Assembly (NCBI GenBank): GCA_963664815.2
Contig: CAXXHB010000003.1
Span: 2,496,001 to 2,560,000, forward strand
From: Spirochaetota bacterium
Lineage (GTDB): Bacteria; Spirochaetota; UBA4802; UBA5550
Reading direction: 5' to 3'
Length of the DNA stretch: 64,000 nt
Shown: positions 20,708 through 31,993 of the stretch, in pieces
Position numbering within the stretch: the first letter of the stretch is position 1
Layout of the letters: each line of letters opens with the position of its first letter
The notes under the pieces: model-generated
What the model saw: the letters and a program-made list of their open reading frames with translations, nothing else
Database searches by the model: none
Told to the model about the DNA's origin: nothing
Made by a program: the position numbers and the translations under genes

Positions 20708-21664
20708 TCATCCGGCTGCATCAACCTTTCCCGGTATATACCTTCCGTAATGATCTCGCTTTGCCGTACCCTTTGTCTCTTTCTGCTCACTTTCAATTCC
20801 CAGGCTGAAGAAACCCGTTCTTGCTATAGTTTCTCCGGCAATCACAAGAAACGCAGATAAATAGATACATATTTCGGCACTATCTTCAGAAAATAACCTT
20901 GATGCGGCAAACATCATTACCGCACCGGCCAGCGAAACTGCAAGCCCGGTAAAGTTCAATTTTTTAAACAACGCGCCCCATCTGCTGCCGAACGATGATG
21001 CCGCCGCAAAACTGTCGATATTCCATTCATCGGGATCATCTTTCAATTCCGGCATCAATATAATAAACTGAACCATTTTAAAAATCACAACTATGGCGAG
21101 TATAATACCTGCCGTATTTATAAAACTGGCCGCTACCGGTATATCTTTACAATACATTGTCAATAAAACGGATGTTGTTACACACCCGAATACCACTATA
21201 CTTAATAAAAAACCGGTATATGTATTAATACTGCACCACCCCGTTTTACCTGTTGAATAGTAGATACCTGCCATACTGATTACTGCTGCAACCCCGGCGA
21301 TCGCTGTGAGCGATATCACAATATTCCCATTTGTCCCTTTCAGGTATATATACAGGTAAACAAACCATAATGCGAGAAAAGCCCCTGTAAAAAATATCTC
21401 CCTGCTTAGCCATGATGACCACATATTAGTCACTGCCCTGTAGGCCCTGAACGGATTTCCGAGATGAAAAAGTGACACCGCCATGCTTAGCATTATAACA
21501 GGCCCTGTAACCATCATCCCAGCTGCCGATGCATAATCACCCTTTCCCGGTACTGCCTGTATAATACGGATCAGCGCCGAGGCGATAAATATTCCGGCGG
21601 CGCACTGCACCAGCAGGCTGTTTATGATCAGTGATAACTCTTTTCGTAACATATTTAAAAACAC
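20708..21664 (-). CDS. dmsC: DmsC/YnfH-type membrane anchor subunit
   Basis: SLFHLGNPFRAY...SSWLSRE, multiple TM helices. Confidence 0.85.
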   Translation of the reverse strand: MFLNMLRKELSLIINSLLVQCAAGIFIASALIRIIQAVPGKGDYASAAGMMVTGPVIMLSMAVSLFHLGNPFRAYRAVTNMWSSWLSREIFFTGAFLALWFVYLYIYLKGTNGNIVISLTAIAGVAAVISMAGIYYSTGKTGWCSINTYTGFLLSIVVFGCVTTSVLLTMYCKDIPVAASFINTAGIILAIVVIFKMVQFIILMPELKDDPDEWNIDSFAAASSFGSRWGALFKKLNFTGLAVSLAGAVMMFAASRLFSEDSAEICIYLSAFLVIAGETIARTGFFSLGIESEQKETKGTAKRDHYGRYIPGKVDAAG

Positions 21665-21692
21665 CTCCGATAATTGAACTGTTATGTACCTG

Positions 21693-22319
21693 CTATTCCA
21701 GGAAATAGACCGATGGTCTGGTCCCTTTGTCTTTCAGCAGCTGCGTATATTTCCGCGTTTTAAGAATCTGCGATACTTCGCTTTCAGGATCTTCAGCGTC
21801 TCCAAAAAAACGCGCCTTTGCCGGGCAGACCTCGACACAGTTCGGCTGCATACCTTTGTCTAAACGATGGTAGCAGAAGTTGCACTTCGACACTGTACCC
21901 TTCTGCTGAGATACCACCAGTTTGTCTCCAACCGGGAAATCGAGATAATACTCAGGGCTGTTTTCATTGTATGTCCTGACGCTGTCATACGGGCATGCCA
22001 TTATGCACAGGCGGCATCCGAGGCATTTGTTATAATCCTGCATAACAACACCATCTTCACGCCTGTAAGTAGCCTCCGCCGGGCATGCTTTCACACATGC
22101 GGGTTTTTCGCAGTGCTGGCAGGCCAGTGTAAGGTACTGCTTCTTCAGATAGGGATATTTTCCGTACGGAGTATCCATCTCTCTGCCGCCATATGTCAGC
22201 GCTCTGTTCCACCACACTTCATTGGGAAGGTTATTCCCCGATTTGCATGCGATGGCGCATGTATGACAACCTATACAGCGTTTAATATCAACCAACATTA
22301 CATATCTTTTTTCTGCCAT
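21693..22319 (-). CDS. dmsB: DmsB-type 4Fe-4S dicluster subunit
   Basis: Four Cys clusters (CIGCHTCAIAC, CQHCEKPACVKACP, CLGCRLCIMACP, CNFC...CVEVCP). Confidence 0.9.
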   Translation of the reverse strand: MAEKRYVMLVDIKRCIGCHTCAIACKSGNNLPNEVWWNRALTYGGREMDTPYGKYPYLKKQYLTLACQHCEKPACVKACPAEATYRREDGVVMQDYNKCLGCRLCIMACPYDSVRTYNENSPEYYLDFPVGDKLVVSQQKGTVSKCNFCYHRLDKGMQPNCVEVCPAKARFFGDAEDPESEVSQILKTRKYTQLLKDKGTRPSVYFLE

Positions 22320-22399
22320 CTGGTTACCTCATTTTTCCGCTTCATTCGACAGGCCTTCAAGCCTTAAACGATTGCTTAACATAGTATCACCCACCTTTA

Positions 22400-24733
22400 C
22401 TAAACCCTGCGGACTTCACAGAGCACATCGTAGAAACTCTGATTGTAGCTTGACGTATTCAGATGGTCGTTTGTAAGTTCCTGGTATGATCCTGCCATGA
22501 ACTGGTTCCGGTGCCATCCCTTCGGCACGCTTACCATCCCGGGGCGCTGCTCCTCACTCAGCACAGCCTTCAGCACCACATGACCCCGGTCATTGAGTAT
22601 CTCGACCACGTCACCGGTACTTATCCCCCTCTTCCCCGCATCTTCAGGATGAATCTTCACAAGCGGTTCAGAATCGAGCTCCCTGAGCCACGGAGTGTTA
22701 TGCCACTGGCTGTGGAGGCGCCACCTCTGGCGCACGGTATGATATATCAGCGGGTATTTTTTCATTAAAGGATTATCAGGCCATGCCTCGGTCGGGGGCG
22801 TAAATATAGGCAGGTGTTCTCTGCTTTTGTCTATTTCTACGCCACAGTCTATCCGCGGCCTGGGATCCTCAAGATAGAACTCAAGCCTTCCGGACGGTGT
22901 AGGGTATTTATTGCCTGCCCAGTTTATCCAGCACGTCGGGAGAGTCTGTATCACCTTTTTCTCCCTGAGATTTTCCCATGTAAGTCCGGAAGCCCTTGCC
23001 AGGTCGGTATTGATCAGCAACTGCACAAACTCTTCATCGGTATTTTTATAGTATTCCCCTATTCCCATACCATCCGCAATCAGGCGATAGATATCTGTCG
23101 TCGATTTTGATTCATATGCCGGTTCAAATACTTTTTCACATATCGTCGTATGCGGCTGGTCAGGTCCCTGCGTCAGATCGAGTCTTTCGAACCAGTGTGC
23201 TGCCGGCAGCACCAGGTCTGCGTAGTTTGTCGTGTCAGTCTCAACCATATCTACGGCGACTATGAATTCTATCGCGGGAAAGATAGTGTTTATTGTTTCG
23301 TTCTGGTTTGTCGCGTTACATACCACGTTGCTTGCGAAGATAAACATCGCCTTTATCGGGTGGTCTTTTCCTTTAAACTTTCCGGTTTTAAGAACCTCTT
23401 TCAGATATACCCACGGAACAACCGGTGAATTCATCCCCTTCGGGAAGAAATACGGTATCAGATTCAGATTGTATCCGGATAAACCGCAATGTCCGATTGA
23501 TGCCCCTTTTTTTGCTATGTTCCCTGTCAGTGAAGCCAGTATTCCCCAGGCATGACCTGTCTGCAGTCCGTTATCATACTGAATAAATCCGCAATAGATA
23601 CTTGATGGTTTATTTTCCGCGTAAAGTCTGGCCACTTCGCGTATTACTTCAGGTTCTACCTCGCATATTCCGGATACTTTTTCAGGTGGATATTTCTCCA
23701 TCTCTGCGGCAAGAAGGGTGTATGCGGTTGATACTTTAAAACTGCCGACTTTAAACGTCCCCTCAAGGGCCGGTTTCTGTACCTGATCAGGCGGTTTTCC
23801 TTCATTCGTTGCCGTATCCCATACTATATACGGATCAGGTACAGCAGGAGTTTCAGGGTTTATTCCGGTCAGATCACTCTGCCGCAGGAATTTTTGTGTA
23901 TCTTCACGGACAAGAAACGGTGCCACGGTATTTTTCAGCATAAATTCTTCATCATACAGCTTCTCCGAAATTATCACGTGAGCCATAGACATCGCCAGTG
24001 CCGGGTCTGCTCCAGGCCTGATCGATATCCACCTGTCAGCCTTCGATGCCGCGGTAGTAAATCTTGGATCAATCACTATAACTTTCGCTCCCGCCTCCTG
24101 TGCGTCAGCTATGAATCTCCAGTCGTGAGGATGTGAGTCCGTTATATTCGCGGCCCATACAATGATTGTTTTGGCGTTCGCAAGGTCAGCAGGATCGTTT
24201 CTCTGGTTGAACGAACTGCCATTTCCCAGCACCCTGCCAAGACCGAATGTATCTGACATGTCAAGCGAGTGTTCTGTTTCAGTAGCACCAAGCAGGTTCG
24301 CGAATCTTTTCAGCCCGTAAACACCCTGTATAAAACCTGTATCGCCGCTTACCGTCGAAAATGCGATCGACTGCTTTCCGAACTCCTGCTGATATGCATT
24401 GAACTTTGTTGTGATCATATCGATCGCTTCATCCCACGAAATACGCTCCCACCGCCCCTCACCGCGTTCGCCCACGCGTTTCATCGGGTATTTAAGCCGG
24501 TTCGGGTCATACAGCCTCTGTATCTGGCTCAGGCCGCGCAGGCATACCCTGTTGTATCTCGGATCAGGAAACGGCGCCATTGATGTTTTTACTGCTTTCC
24601 CGTCCCTTACGTGAACATAAAGCCTGCATCGACTCTGACAGTTACCGACGCACATGCAGCTAAAAATCTGTTCATGCTGTTCCGCTGAATCATCTTCCGC
24701 GGTTTCAGAACCGGTCATCTGATGTTTTGCCAT
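22400..24733 (-). CDS. Molybdopterin oxidoreductase catalytic subunit (DMSO reductase family), no Tat signal
   Basis: C..GNCQSRC and CLRG Fe-S motif, RLKYPMKRVGERGEG, ADLVLPAA, LHSQW, molydopterin-binding C-terminus. Confidence 0.92.
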   Translation of the reverse strand: MAKHQMTGSETAEDDSAEQHEQIFSCMCVGNCQSRCRLYVHVRDGKAVKTSMAPFPDPRYNRVCLRGLSQIQRLYDPNRLKYPMKRVGERGEGRWERISWDEAIDMITTKFNAYQQEFGKQSIAFSTVSGDTGFIQGVYGLKRFANLLGATETEHSLDMSDTFGLGRVLGNGSSFNQRNDPADLANAKTIIVWAANITDSHPHDWRFIADAQEAGAKVIVIDPRFTTAASKADRWISIRPGADPALAMSMAHVIISEKLYDEEFMLKNTVAPFLVREDTQKFLRQSDLTGINPETPAVPDPYIVWDTATNEGKPPDQVQKPALEGTFKVGSFKVSTAYTLLAAEMEKYPPEKVSGICEVEPEVIREVARLYAENKPSSIYCGFIQYDNGLQTGHAWGILASLTGNIAKKGASIGHCGLSGYNLNLIPYFFPKGMNSPVVPWVYLKEVLKTGKFKGKDHPIKAMFIFASNVVCNATNQNETINTIFPAIEFIVAVDMVETDTTNYADLVLPAAHWFERLDLTQGPDQPHTTICEKVFEPAYESKSTTDIYRLIADGMGIGEYYKNTDEEFVQLLINTDLARASGLTWENLREKKVIQTLPTCWINWAGNKYPTPSGRLEFYLEDPRPRIDCGVEIDKSREHLPIFTPPTEAWPDNPLMKKYPLIYHTVRQRWRLHSQWHNTPWLRELDSEPLVKIHPEDAGKRGISTGDVVEILNDRGHVVLKAVLSEEQRPGMVSVPKGWHRNQFMAGSYQELTNDHLNTSSYNQSFYDVLCEVRRV

Positions 24734-24791
24734 AAATAATTACCTCCACTAATGCTCTTCCTGGCATATTGCTTAAAAATAAAGTTAAATG

Positions 24792-24807
24792 AACCAACCA
24801 GTTGGTC
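24792..24807. promoter_or_regulatory. Putative TetR operator upstream of the molybdoenzyme operon
   Basis: AACCAACCAGTTGGTC, identical to 25454-25469; palindromic ACCAAC-N2-GTTGGT. Confidence 0.75.
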
Positions 24808-24854
24808 TATTTTAATATAAATAAAAAAACCTGATCTCATAACGGACGCAGGTT

Positions 24855-25445
24855 CTATTTCACTTTTCGTTCATCCAGTACTGTTTTCATAAATTGTGTG
24901 CAATCCTTCAACGGCCTGGTGTTACCTGATATTTTTGAGAGCAGCACTCCCCCTTCTATCGAAGCGAGTATCATTCTTGCCAGAACAACCGCCGGTTCCT
25001 TTAATTTATACTCGCCGTCATTCTCCGCCTGAGTCAGAAGTGTTACGAATCTCTTCTCCCACCGTTTGAAAACACCCTCGATAAATTTTGAAACATCCGA
25101 ACCGTCACGTCCAACCTCAAGCGCCATGTTTCCGAAAAGGCACCCTCTTGAGATATCACCATTGACATGATAACCGGTTATCGCATCGATCATATCGTCA
25201 ATCTGATCAGATGCCGCAGAATGTTTTACACCCGATCTGATTTTTTCTTCATAACTCTCAAGTGATCCGTTTAAAACTTCAATAATAAGAGAGTCTTTTG
25301 ATTTATAGTGGAAATAGAGACTCCCCTTTTTTATGCCTGAGTTGTCAACTATATCACTGATACTTGTGTTATTATACCCCCTTCTGTGAAAAAGTTCACG
25401 GGAGACATCAAGTATTTTTTCTTTTGTTTCTTCGCCTTTCTGCAT
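24855..25445 (-). CDS. TetR/AcrR family regulator (NemR/LmrA-like)
   Basis: HTH GYNNTSISDI...KGSLYFHYKSK; GCLFGNMALE. Confidence 0.93.
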   Translation of the reverse strand: MQKGEETKEKILDVSRELFHRRGYNNTSISDIVDNSGIKKGSLYFHYKSKDSLIIEVLNGSLESYEEKIRSGVKHSAASDQIDDMIDAITGYHVNGDISRGCLFGNMALEVGRDGSDVSKFIEGVFKRWEKRFVTLLTQAENDGEYKLKEPAVVLARMILASIEGGVLLSKISGNTRPLKDCTQFMKTVLDERKVK

Positions 25446-25453
25446 ACTTTATA

Positions 25454-25499
25454 AACCAACCAGTTGGTCAATTGTCATACTGATATAATTATAAGTCAA
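25454..25499 (-). promoter_or_regulatory. tetR promoter (-35 TTGACT, 17 bp, -10 GACAAT) with adjacent operator copy
   Basis: Sigma70-like spacing on the - strand; operator at 25454-25469 lies between -10 and ATG. Confidence 0.6.
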
Positions 25500-25633
25500 T
25501 CTTTTTTCAGCAAAAACATAATTCAGGAGCAATATTACATTTTTTGTTATTTTACCCAACTATCTTTTCTGATTCCTTCTACTCTTATGAATTCCTTATA
25601 TAATTATTGAAGTTAACTATTGGATCAGTACAC

Positions 25634-26130
25634 TCATTGTCGTTCCTGTAAAAAGCCTCCTGATTCCCCACCATAATTTATGTACTGTATATACTTGGTA
25701 ATGTTGTAGTTCATCCCGCATTGCAAGGCATTCGATTCAGTCTCTTCATCGACAGTTGTTTTGTGATATCCATAGGAGGATATTGAAGAGGTAAAAATAA
25801 ACCTTTTTACCTTTTTCTCTATAGACTCATTAACTACATTCCTGGTTCCGGTAACATTAACCTGGTACTGTTCCTTATTGTGTCTGGACCACATACTCGT
25901 ATTGCCGTCAACATGAAACACTGCATCTGCCTGTTTCGGCAGAGCATTGACAACAGAATTATAATCGATGATATTTCCGCTGACCATGGAGACATTATAC
26001 CGTGACAGATAATTAAGATTATCAGAAGGGAGATGCAGGGCTATTACCTCCCTTTTCTTTTTGTTAATCCATCGATTAGGTTGAGGCCAGGGAATCCGGT
26101 CGATCCCGTTACAAATGCAGTTTTGGTCAT
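25634..26130 (-). pseudogene. NAD-dependent epimerase/dehydratase, frameshifted and truncated
   Basis: MTKTAFVTGSTGF start at 26130, frameshift, then NVTGTRNV..FIFTSS..YNITK and an early end. Confidence 0.8.
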
Positions 26131-26354
26131 GATAATACTTTATTTATAATCGTTATCAGATACTCTGATAATAGTCTGAAATCTGATTTACCTTAATATC
26201 AGAACATCTATGAAAGCTTTTCAAAATATAACATCCCCTGTAAAATATAAATGATTATTCACTTACTATAATTGCCCGTAAATTCCGGACGCCAACTATG
26301 TTTGATCGATATAACTCATGGAAAATAAAAAAGAAGAAAGAATCGATGCTGGTG

Positions 26355-27293
26355 TCATGAGCAAACCTGCTCTGCTAATATATCTGTTGACTCACTCCTC
26401 AGTACAGTAATATCTCTTATCGGTGAAACTCCGTAGAGACGGCTATATTCACGGCTGAACTGTGAAGGGCTCTCATAACCCACATGAAACGCAGCAGTGG
26501 CTGCATCAATATTTTCCGTCAGCAGCAATCTTCGCGCTTCCTGCAATCGCAATCTTTTTTGAAACTGTAACGGACTTAAAGCTGTCATTTCCCTGAAATG
26601 GTGATGAAAGGTCGATATACCCATCTCAGCCATATCTGCAAGATCCTCAATCCGTACGGGTTTTGTAAAATTGGATTTAATCCACGCAACAACCTGCGCG
26701 ACCTGCTGACTTGTGGAGCCTGAAGCTGCAAGCTGACGGAGTCTTTTCCCCTGTTCGCCCACCAGCAGTCTGTAAAATATTTCACGCTGAATAACAGGAG
26801 AAAGAACCGGGATATCCTGCTCATTGTCTAAAAGATCAATCAGACGCTGGAAGGCATTAACCAGTGGAAGAGTCAGCAGTCCTGTAGCCATGCCTCTCTC
26901 TGTTTTCTCTGATTTTGGCGGCGGAAGCTTGCTTTCAGTCATGATCTTTGTGATGTCACTATAATCAAAAGTCAACCGAAGTCCAAGATATGGAGCTTTG
27001 TTGCTTGCCTCTGTTATTTGCGCGGTTACAGGCAGAGGGAGTCCTGAAAACAGATAATAATTCGTATCATATATGAATGTATCTCTCCCTAAAAGTACAC
27101 GTTTAGCTCCCTGTGCTATCAGACAGACACTGGGTTCATACATCCCCGTCAGCGGCTCTGAGGTTTCAGTTTTACGAAACAGAGAAAGACCCTGAACAGA
27201 TGTTGTTCTCAATTCTCCATGTCCGGTTAATCGTGCAATACTTTTTGCCAGTTCATTGACCGCAGATTTTAGAGCAGTTGTGTCATTAGTCAT
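26355..27293 (-). CDS. AraC family regulator (YqhC-like)
   Basis: AraC_N (YEPSVCLIAQGAK) plus HTH SPLQFQK..GYESPSQFSREY. Confidence 0.93.
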   Translation of the reverse strand: MTNDTTALKSAVNELAKSIARLTGHGELRTTSVQGLSLFRKTETSEPLTGMYEPSVCLIAQGAKRVLLGRDTFIYDTNYYLFSGLPLPVTAQITEASNKAPYLGLRLTFDYSDITKIMTESKLPPPKSEKTERGMATGLLTLPLVNAFQRLIDLLDNEQDIPVLSPVIQREIFYRLLVGEQGKRLRQLAASGSTSQQVAQVVAWIKSNFTKPVRIEDLADMAEMGISTFHHHFREMTALSPLQFQKRLRLQEARRLLLTENIDAATAAFHVGYESPSQFSREYSRLYGVSPIRDITVLRSESTDILAEQVCS

Positions 27294-27467
27294 AAAAATA
27301 CCCTCCCTGCCGCCAATTATGATATTATTATATAAAGAATGTTCCGAACTCCTGTCAAATTTTTTTATATCAAAAGAGAGAAATAGGCAATAATTATACA
27401 GGATTGGTCTACCTTCTTTTTTAATACTTTGTTATCATGAACAAAAATCCGATAAAAGGAGTATTTT

Positions 27468-27851
27468 GTGTTTACCATTAAAAATGTGACCATGAATCAG
27501 GGTCTGGATGGAAGTTTGACAATCAATGAGGTTAAGGAAATCCTTATCCATATCTATGCTTATGACGGTTTTTCCCGTTCGTTGAATGGAATTAATGCTT
27601 TTATGTCAGTTCCGGATGATCGAAAAGCGAGAGGTATAACTGATAAATCAGGACGCGGTCTGGTTCAATTCGATGGTATGCCTGTCCAGAAAATGACGCC
27701 GGGAGATGTAGTATGGATATCGGCGAATGTACGTCACTGGCACGGTGCTGCACCGGGCAGTCCTGTGTCACATATAGCAATTTCAGAATCATGGGATGAT
27801 TCTGCTGTTAAATGGATTGAGCATGTCACGGATGAACAATACAACAAATAA
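27468..27851 (+). pseudogene. Internally deleted carboxymuconolactone decarboxylase/cupin remnant
   Basis: EVKEILIHIYAY.GFSRSLNG joined directly to PGDVVWI...HWHGA...HIAI; both domains incomplete. Confidence 0.65.
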
Positions 27852-27861
27852 CTTATAATTA

Positions 27862-28888
<1,027 letters not shown>

Positions 28889-29050
28889 TCAAAAAAAGTG
28901 GTGTCCCACTACCCCCTTCACGGCAAACGGTGAATAAAAAACAGAAAAATCAATAAACAATCTCAATTACTGTTTAAGGTTTATTCTCATTGAAAAGTTA
29001 ATTATATATTGACGATAACATTTTTAGATATCCCTTCATTAATGGAACTG

Positions 29051-29092
29051 CAGTTTTTCAGGCAGCTACGTTAAGATTCCTGTAAGTTATGT
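29051..29092 (+). repeat. Composite element copy A (right terminus only)
   Basis: GGCAGCTACGTTAAGATTCCTGTAA|GTTATGT matches the common right end. Confidence 0.75.
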
Positions 29093-29162
29093 GAATTGAC
29101 CTTTAAGTATATTCAATTCCTCAAAGTACACACATGTACTTTGAGGAATGTTTCCTGCAATA

Positions 29163-29681
29163 TTACTTGATTACCAACTGGCCACATGCAGCTTTTATTG
29201 ATGTTCCCAGGCTTTGCCTTATTGTAACTTTAACATTATTTTTTTCAAGCCTTTGTTTAACCTTCTTCAGGTATTCATCAGCTGCTGATTTAAACTCATT
29301 AGATTTTTCTCCATTAAATTTCAGCAAATTCATAACAACATTTTTATTTGAAAACCATTTTGAGAGATTTTCAATATCAGCTTTTCTATCATTAATACCG
29401 GGCAGCAGCAGATAAGCTACAGATATAGATTTTTTATGTCTTCTTCCATATTCCATCGCTGATGCAATGACTTCATTAATATTATACTTAGACATTCCTG
29501 GTATTAAATAATCTCTTGTTCTTTGATCTGTTGCATGTAATGAAAGAACAAGTTGTATTTTAAGATGCTCTTCCTTCAGTGATTTTAATTTATCCGCTGG
29601 ACCTACTGTTGAGATGCTGATTCCATCTGTAGGAAAGTTTAATCCATTACGATCTCTAAGAATATGAATTGATTTGATCAA
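29163..29681 (-). pseudogene. C-terminal half of an RlmN/Cfr-family radical SAM methyltransferase
   Basis: ISTVG, LSLHA, YLLLPGIND, IKAACGQL present; CxxxCxxC and MGMGE absent. Confidence 0.8.
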
Positions 29682-29850
29682 TTCGGAATTGTTTGTCCAC
29701 GCATTAAAGACGGGCAGGCAGACAATTGCAGTATCAGTTTACAGGTTAAACTGCAGTATCCGGAAAAATCATTGATTACATATGACCTTCCCGCTATCTT
29801 TCAGTCACCTATCTTTGTACGGGCAAAGATAAGGGCAAATACTCTCCCGC

Positions 29851-31227
29851 TTATTTCACCGCCGCCGGGATGACTATCCCTATGTTATTTGATGCTGCGT
29901 TTTCCCTTACCTTTATCCAGATATAATAATCCCCGGGCTTAAGCCCTTCGGTTGATATATTCAGCATCACACTGCTGCCGTCTGAACCGGCATCCCCGGA
30001 CTGCCTGGATGCGACTACCCCCCTGTCGTCGATAAATTGCGCAATCCATTTTAAATCTTTTTTAAGATTCGAGGTATCGTTCAAAAACACCGCATAAACT
30101 GTATTATTTTTCAGCTGACCGGGGATGGTTTTATCCGGAGAGTTTTTCTGCGTGAATGTTATGGACTTAACAGCCGCATTTACTGCGGATGTATTAATGC
30201 CGTTTCCGAGAACTGAAGCTGTTTTAAGTATATTCCCGGCCTTTGAGGTTTTCGATGTAAGATAGACAGGCATGTCTATGGTAATCTTCCCATCCCCCTT
30301 CTTATCATAAAACCACATCCTGACTGAATATCCGGTACCCTGTACAAGCGGTTGAGACATCGAAAGAGATATCGACATCGAGCTGAAGTTCATGGCAGGT
30401 AAGCCCATAGCCTCTTTATAGAGGTCGTCCACTCTCCCGAGTTCATTTCCGCTGCTGTCATGCAGCGAGAAACCGGCTCCGAGGAACACATCCCCCTTAC
30501 CGTCCTTTACAAAGTTTATCGGTTCTGTAAGTTTTACTGCGAATTCCTCCCCTATACCTATCTCATTCCCTGTTACGTATTCATTCTCTTTTTTTGTCAT
30601 GATGTTGAAGTCTTCAAAGGATATCCCCTTTAATACAAACACGGCGCCGGTAAAGGGGTCTATGCGGATGCTGCCCATACCGCGTCCGGATGGTTTTTCC
30701 CCGGTAAGAACCCACAGGCATTCTGCAGATCTTGCGTTCTTCCTGGCACCTGTATTCCCAAGTTCGTCTGCTCTTTTGTAATCAGAGCACGCGCTATCGC
30801 TACGGTTAAGCTTCCTGTAACAATCACCGCGGTACAGCCAGAAAATGGAATCTTTCGGGTTAAGCTCGATGCATTTTGTATAATCCTTTTCAGAGAGGGC
30901 GTACTGCTCTGTATTGTAATAGCAATCACCTCTTTTTTTATAAAAACGGTAATTCCCCGGTTCCAGTTCTATCGCTGTTGTGTAATCACTTATCGCATCG
31001 GGGTAATTCTTCATCGCGAAGAATGAATCCCCCCTGTACCAGTAGCCCTTCACTCTGTTCGGATCCATGCTGATTGCCTTGCTGAAATGTTTTACTGCTT
31101 CATTGTAGTTTTGGGAAACGTAAAACGTATCCGCCATTTCAATGATCGTATCGTACTCATCAGCCCGGCAGATATCTGCCGCCAGAGTAAATGAAATTAA
31201 AAAAACCAGTGTCATCGGTATTTTCAT
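29851..31227 (-). CDS. Exported TPR-repeat protein
   Basis: Signal peptide, 4 TPRs, beta-rich C-terminus. Confidence 0.8.
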   Translation of the reverse strand: MKIPMTLVFLISFTLAADICRADEYDTIIEMADTFYVSQNYNEAVKHFSKAISMDPNRVKGYWYRGDSFFAMKNYPDAISDYTTAIELEPGNYRFYKKRGDCYYNTEQYALSEKDYTKCIELNPKDSIFWLYRGDCYRKLNRSDSACSDYKRADELGNTGARKNARSAECLWVLTGEKPSGRGMGSIRIDPFTGAVFVLKGISFEDFNIMTKKENEYVTGNEIGIGEEFAVKLTEPINFVKDGKGDVFLGAGFSLHDSSGNELGRVDDLYKEAMGLPAMNFSSMSISLSMSQPLVQGTGYSVRMWFYDKKGDGKITIDMPVYLTSKTSKAGNILKTASVLGNGINTSAVNAAVKSITFTQKNSPDKTIPGQLKNNTVYAVFLNDTSNLKKDLKWIAQFIDDRGVVASRQSGDAGSDGSSVMLNISTEGLKPGDYYIWIKVRENAASNNIGIVIPAAVK

Positions 31228-31385
31228 AATCTCTCCTCTTAATTATTAAGCTCCTTCTGACGGAGCGGATTTTTTATAAAGACCCATTTATCATACTTTT
31301 AACTGCAGCCATCCCCTGGTGGAAACCCATGGTTTCCCGGAACTGCGGTTCCACAAGCCATACAATATTAACAGCAGGTTTTGTT

Positions 31386-31608
31386 TTCGCGGGCAAATGA
31401 ACCATAGAGGATAATTTTTTTAACGGACATTGTCTGTTTAACAATGTCGGCATACTGTTTTACTTTTTCAATAACTGCCTGATCCATATGAATAAATCCT
31501 CAGTCTGTTTTAATAAATCGATGCAGATTTGATCTGTCAGTATTTTAAGCAATTCATCCCTGTCCTGCGGATAACGGGCCTGAATATTCAAAGGCATTAA
31601 GCGGTTAT
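31386..31608 (-). pseudogene. HEPN-MNT toxin-antitoxin remnant (HEPN C-terminus plus nucleotidyltransferase N-terminus)
   Basis: Manual translation: ..PLNIQARYPQD..FIWIRQLL overlapping MDQAVIEKVKQYADIV..KIILYGSFARE. Confidence 0.7.
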
Positions 31609-31993
31609 TATCTATATCCATTATATTAATATTTATCTTAATATTATATCTCTGTCAAGCAGATTCGTTTATTATTTGTATATCAAAAAAGCCGTAAATT
31701 ATTTTATGTTTATGTGAAGCATGCACTCCGGAAAATAAATCTTTACCGGTTATAGAATTATAAAAAAAGCGGATTTTCAAAATAAAAAAGTTTGTCTTTT
31801 TGCACTATTTTATCATGTAGATATTTATATCTGCCTCTATGTATAACTCAAACATCTTCTTATTGATACAGGAAATTCCATGTATTAATAAACCCGCTGT
31901 CCCCTTCACCACCTCTGATCCAGAGGACTTAATATATCTATCGGAAACCAAACGTTGTTCCAGGCTGACAAACCTCTCTTTTATCAGTGTCAG

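Noticed and set aside
21867-24614. + strand ORFs over the molybdoenzyme operon (similar cases over MATE, relA and SPFH)
   Set aside because: Antisense shadow ORFs of well-supported genes.
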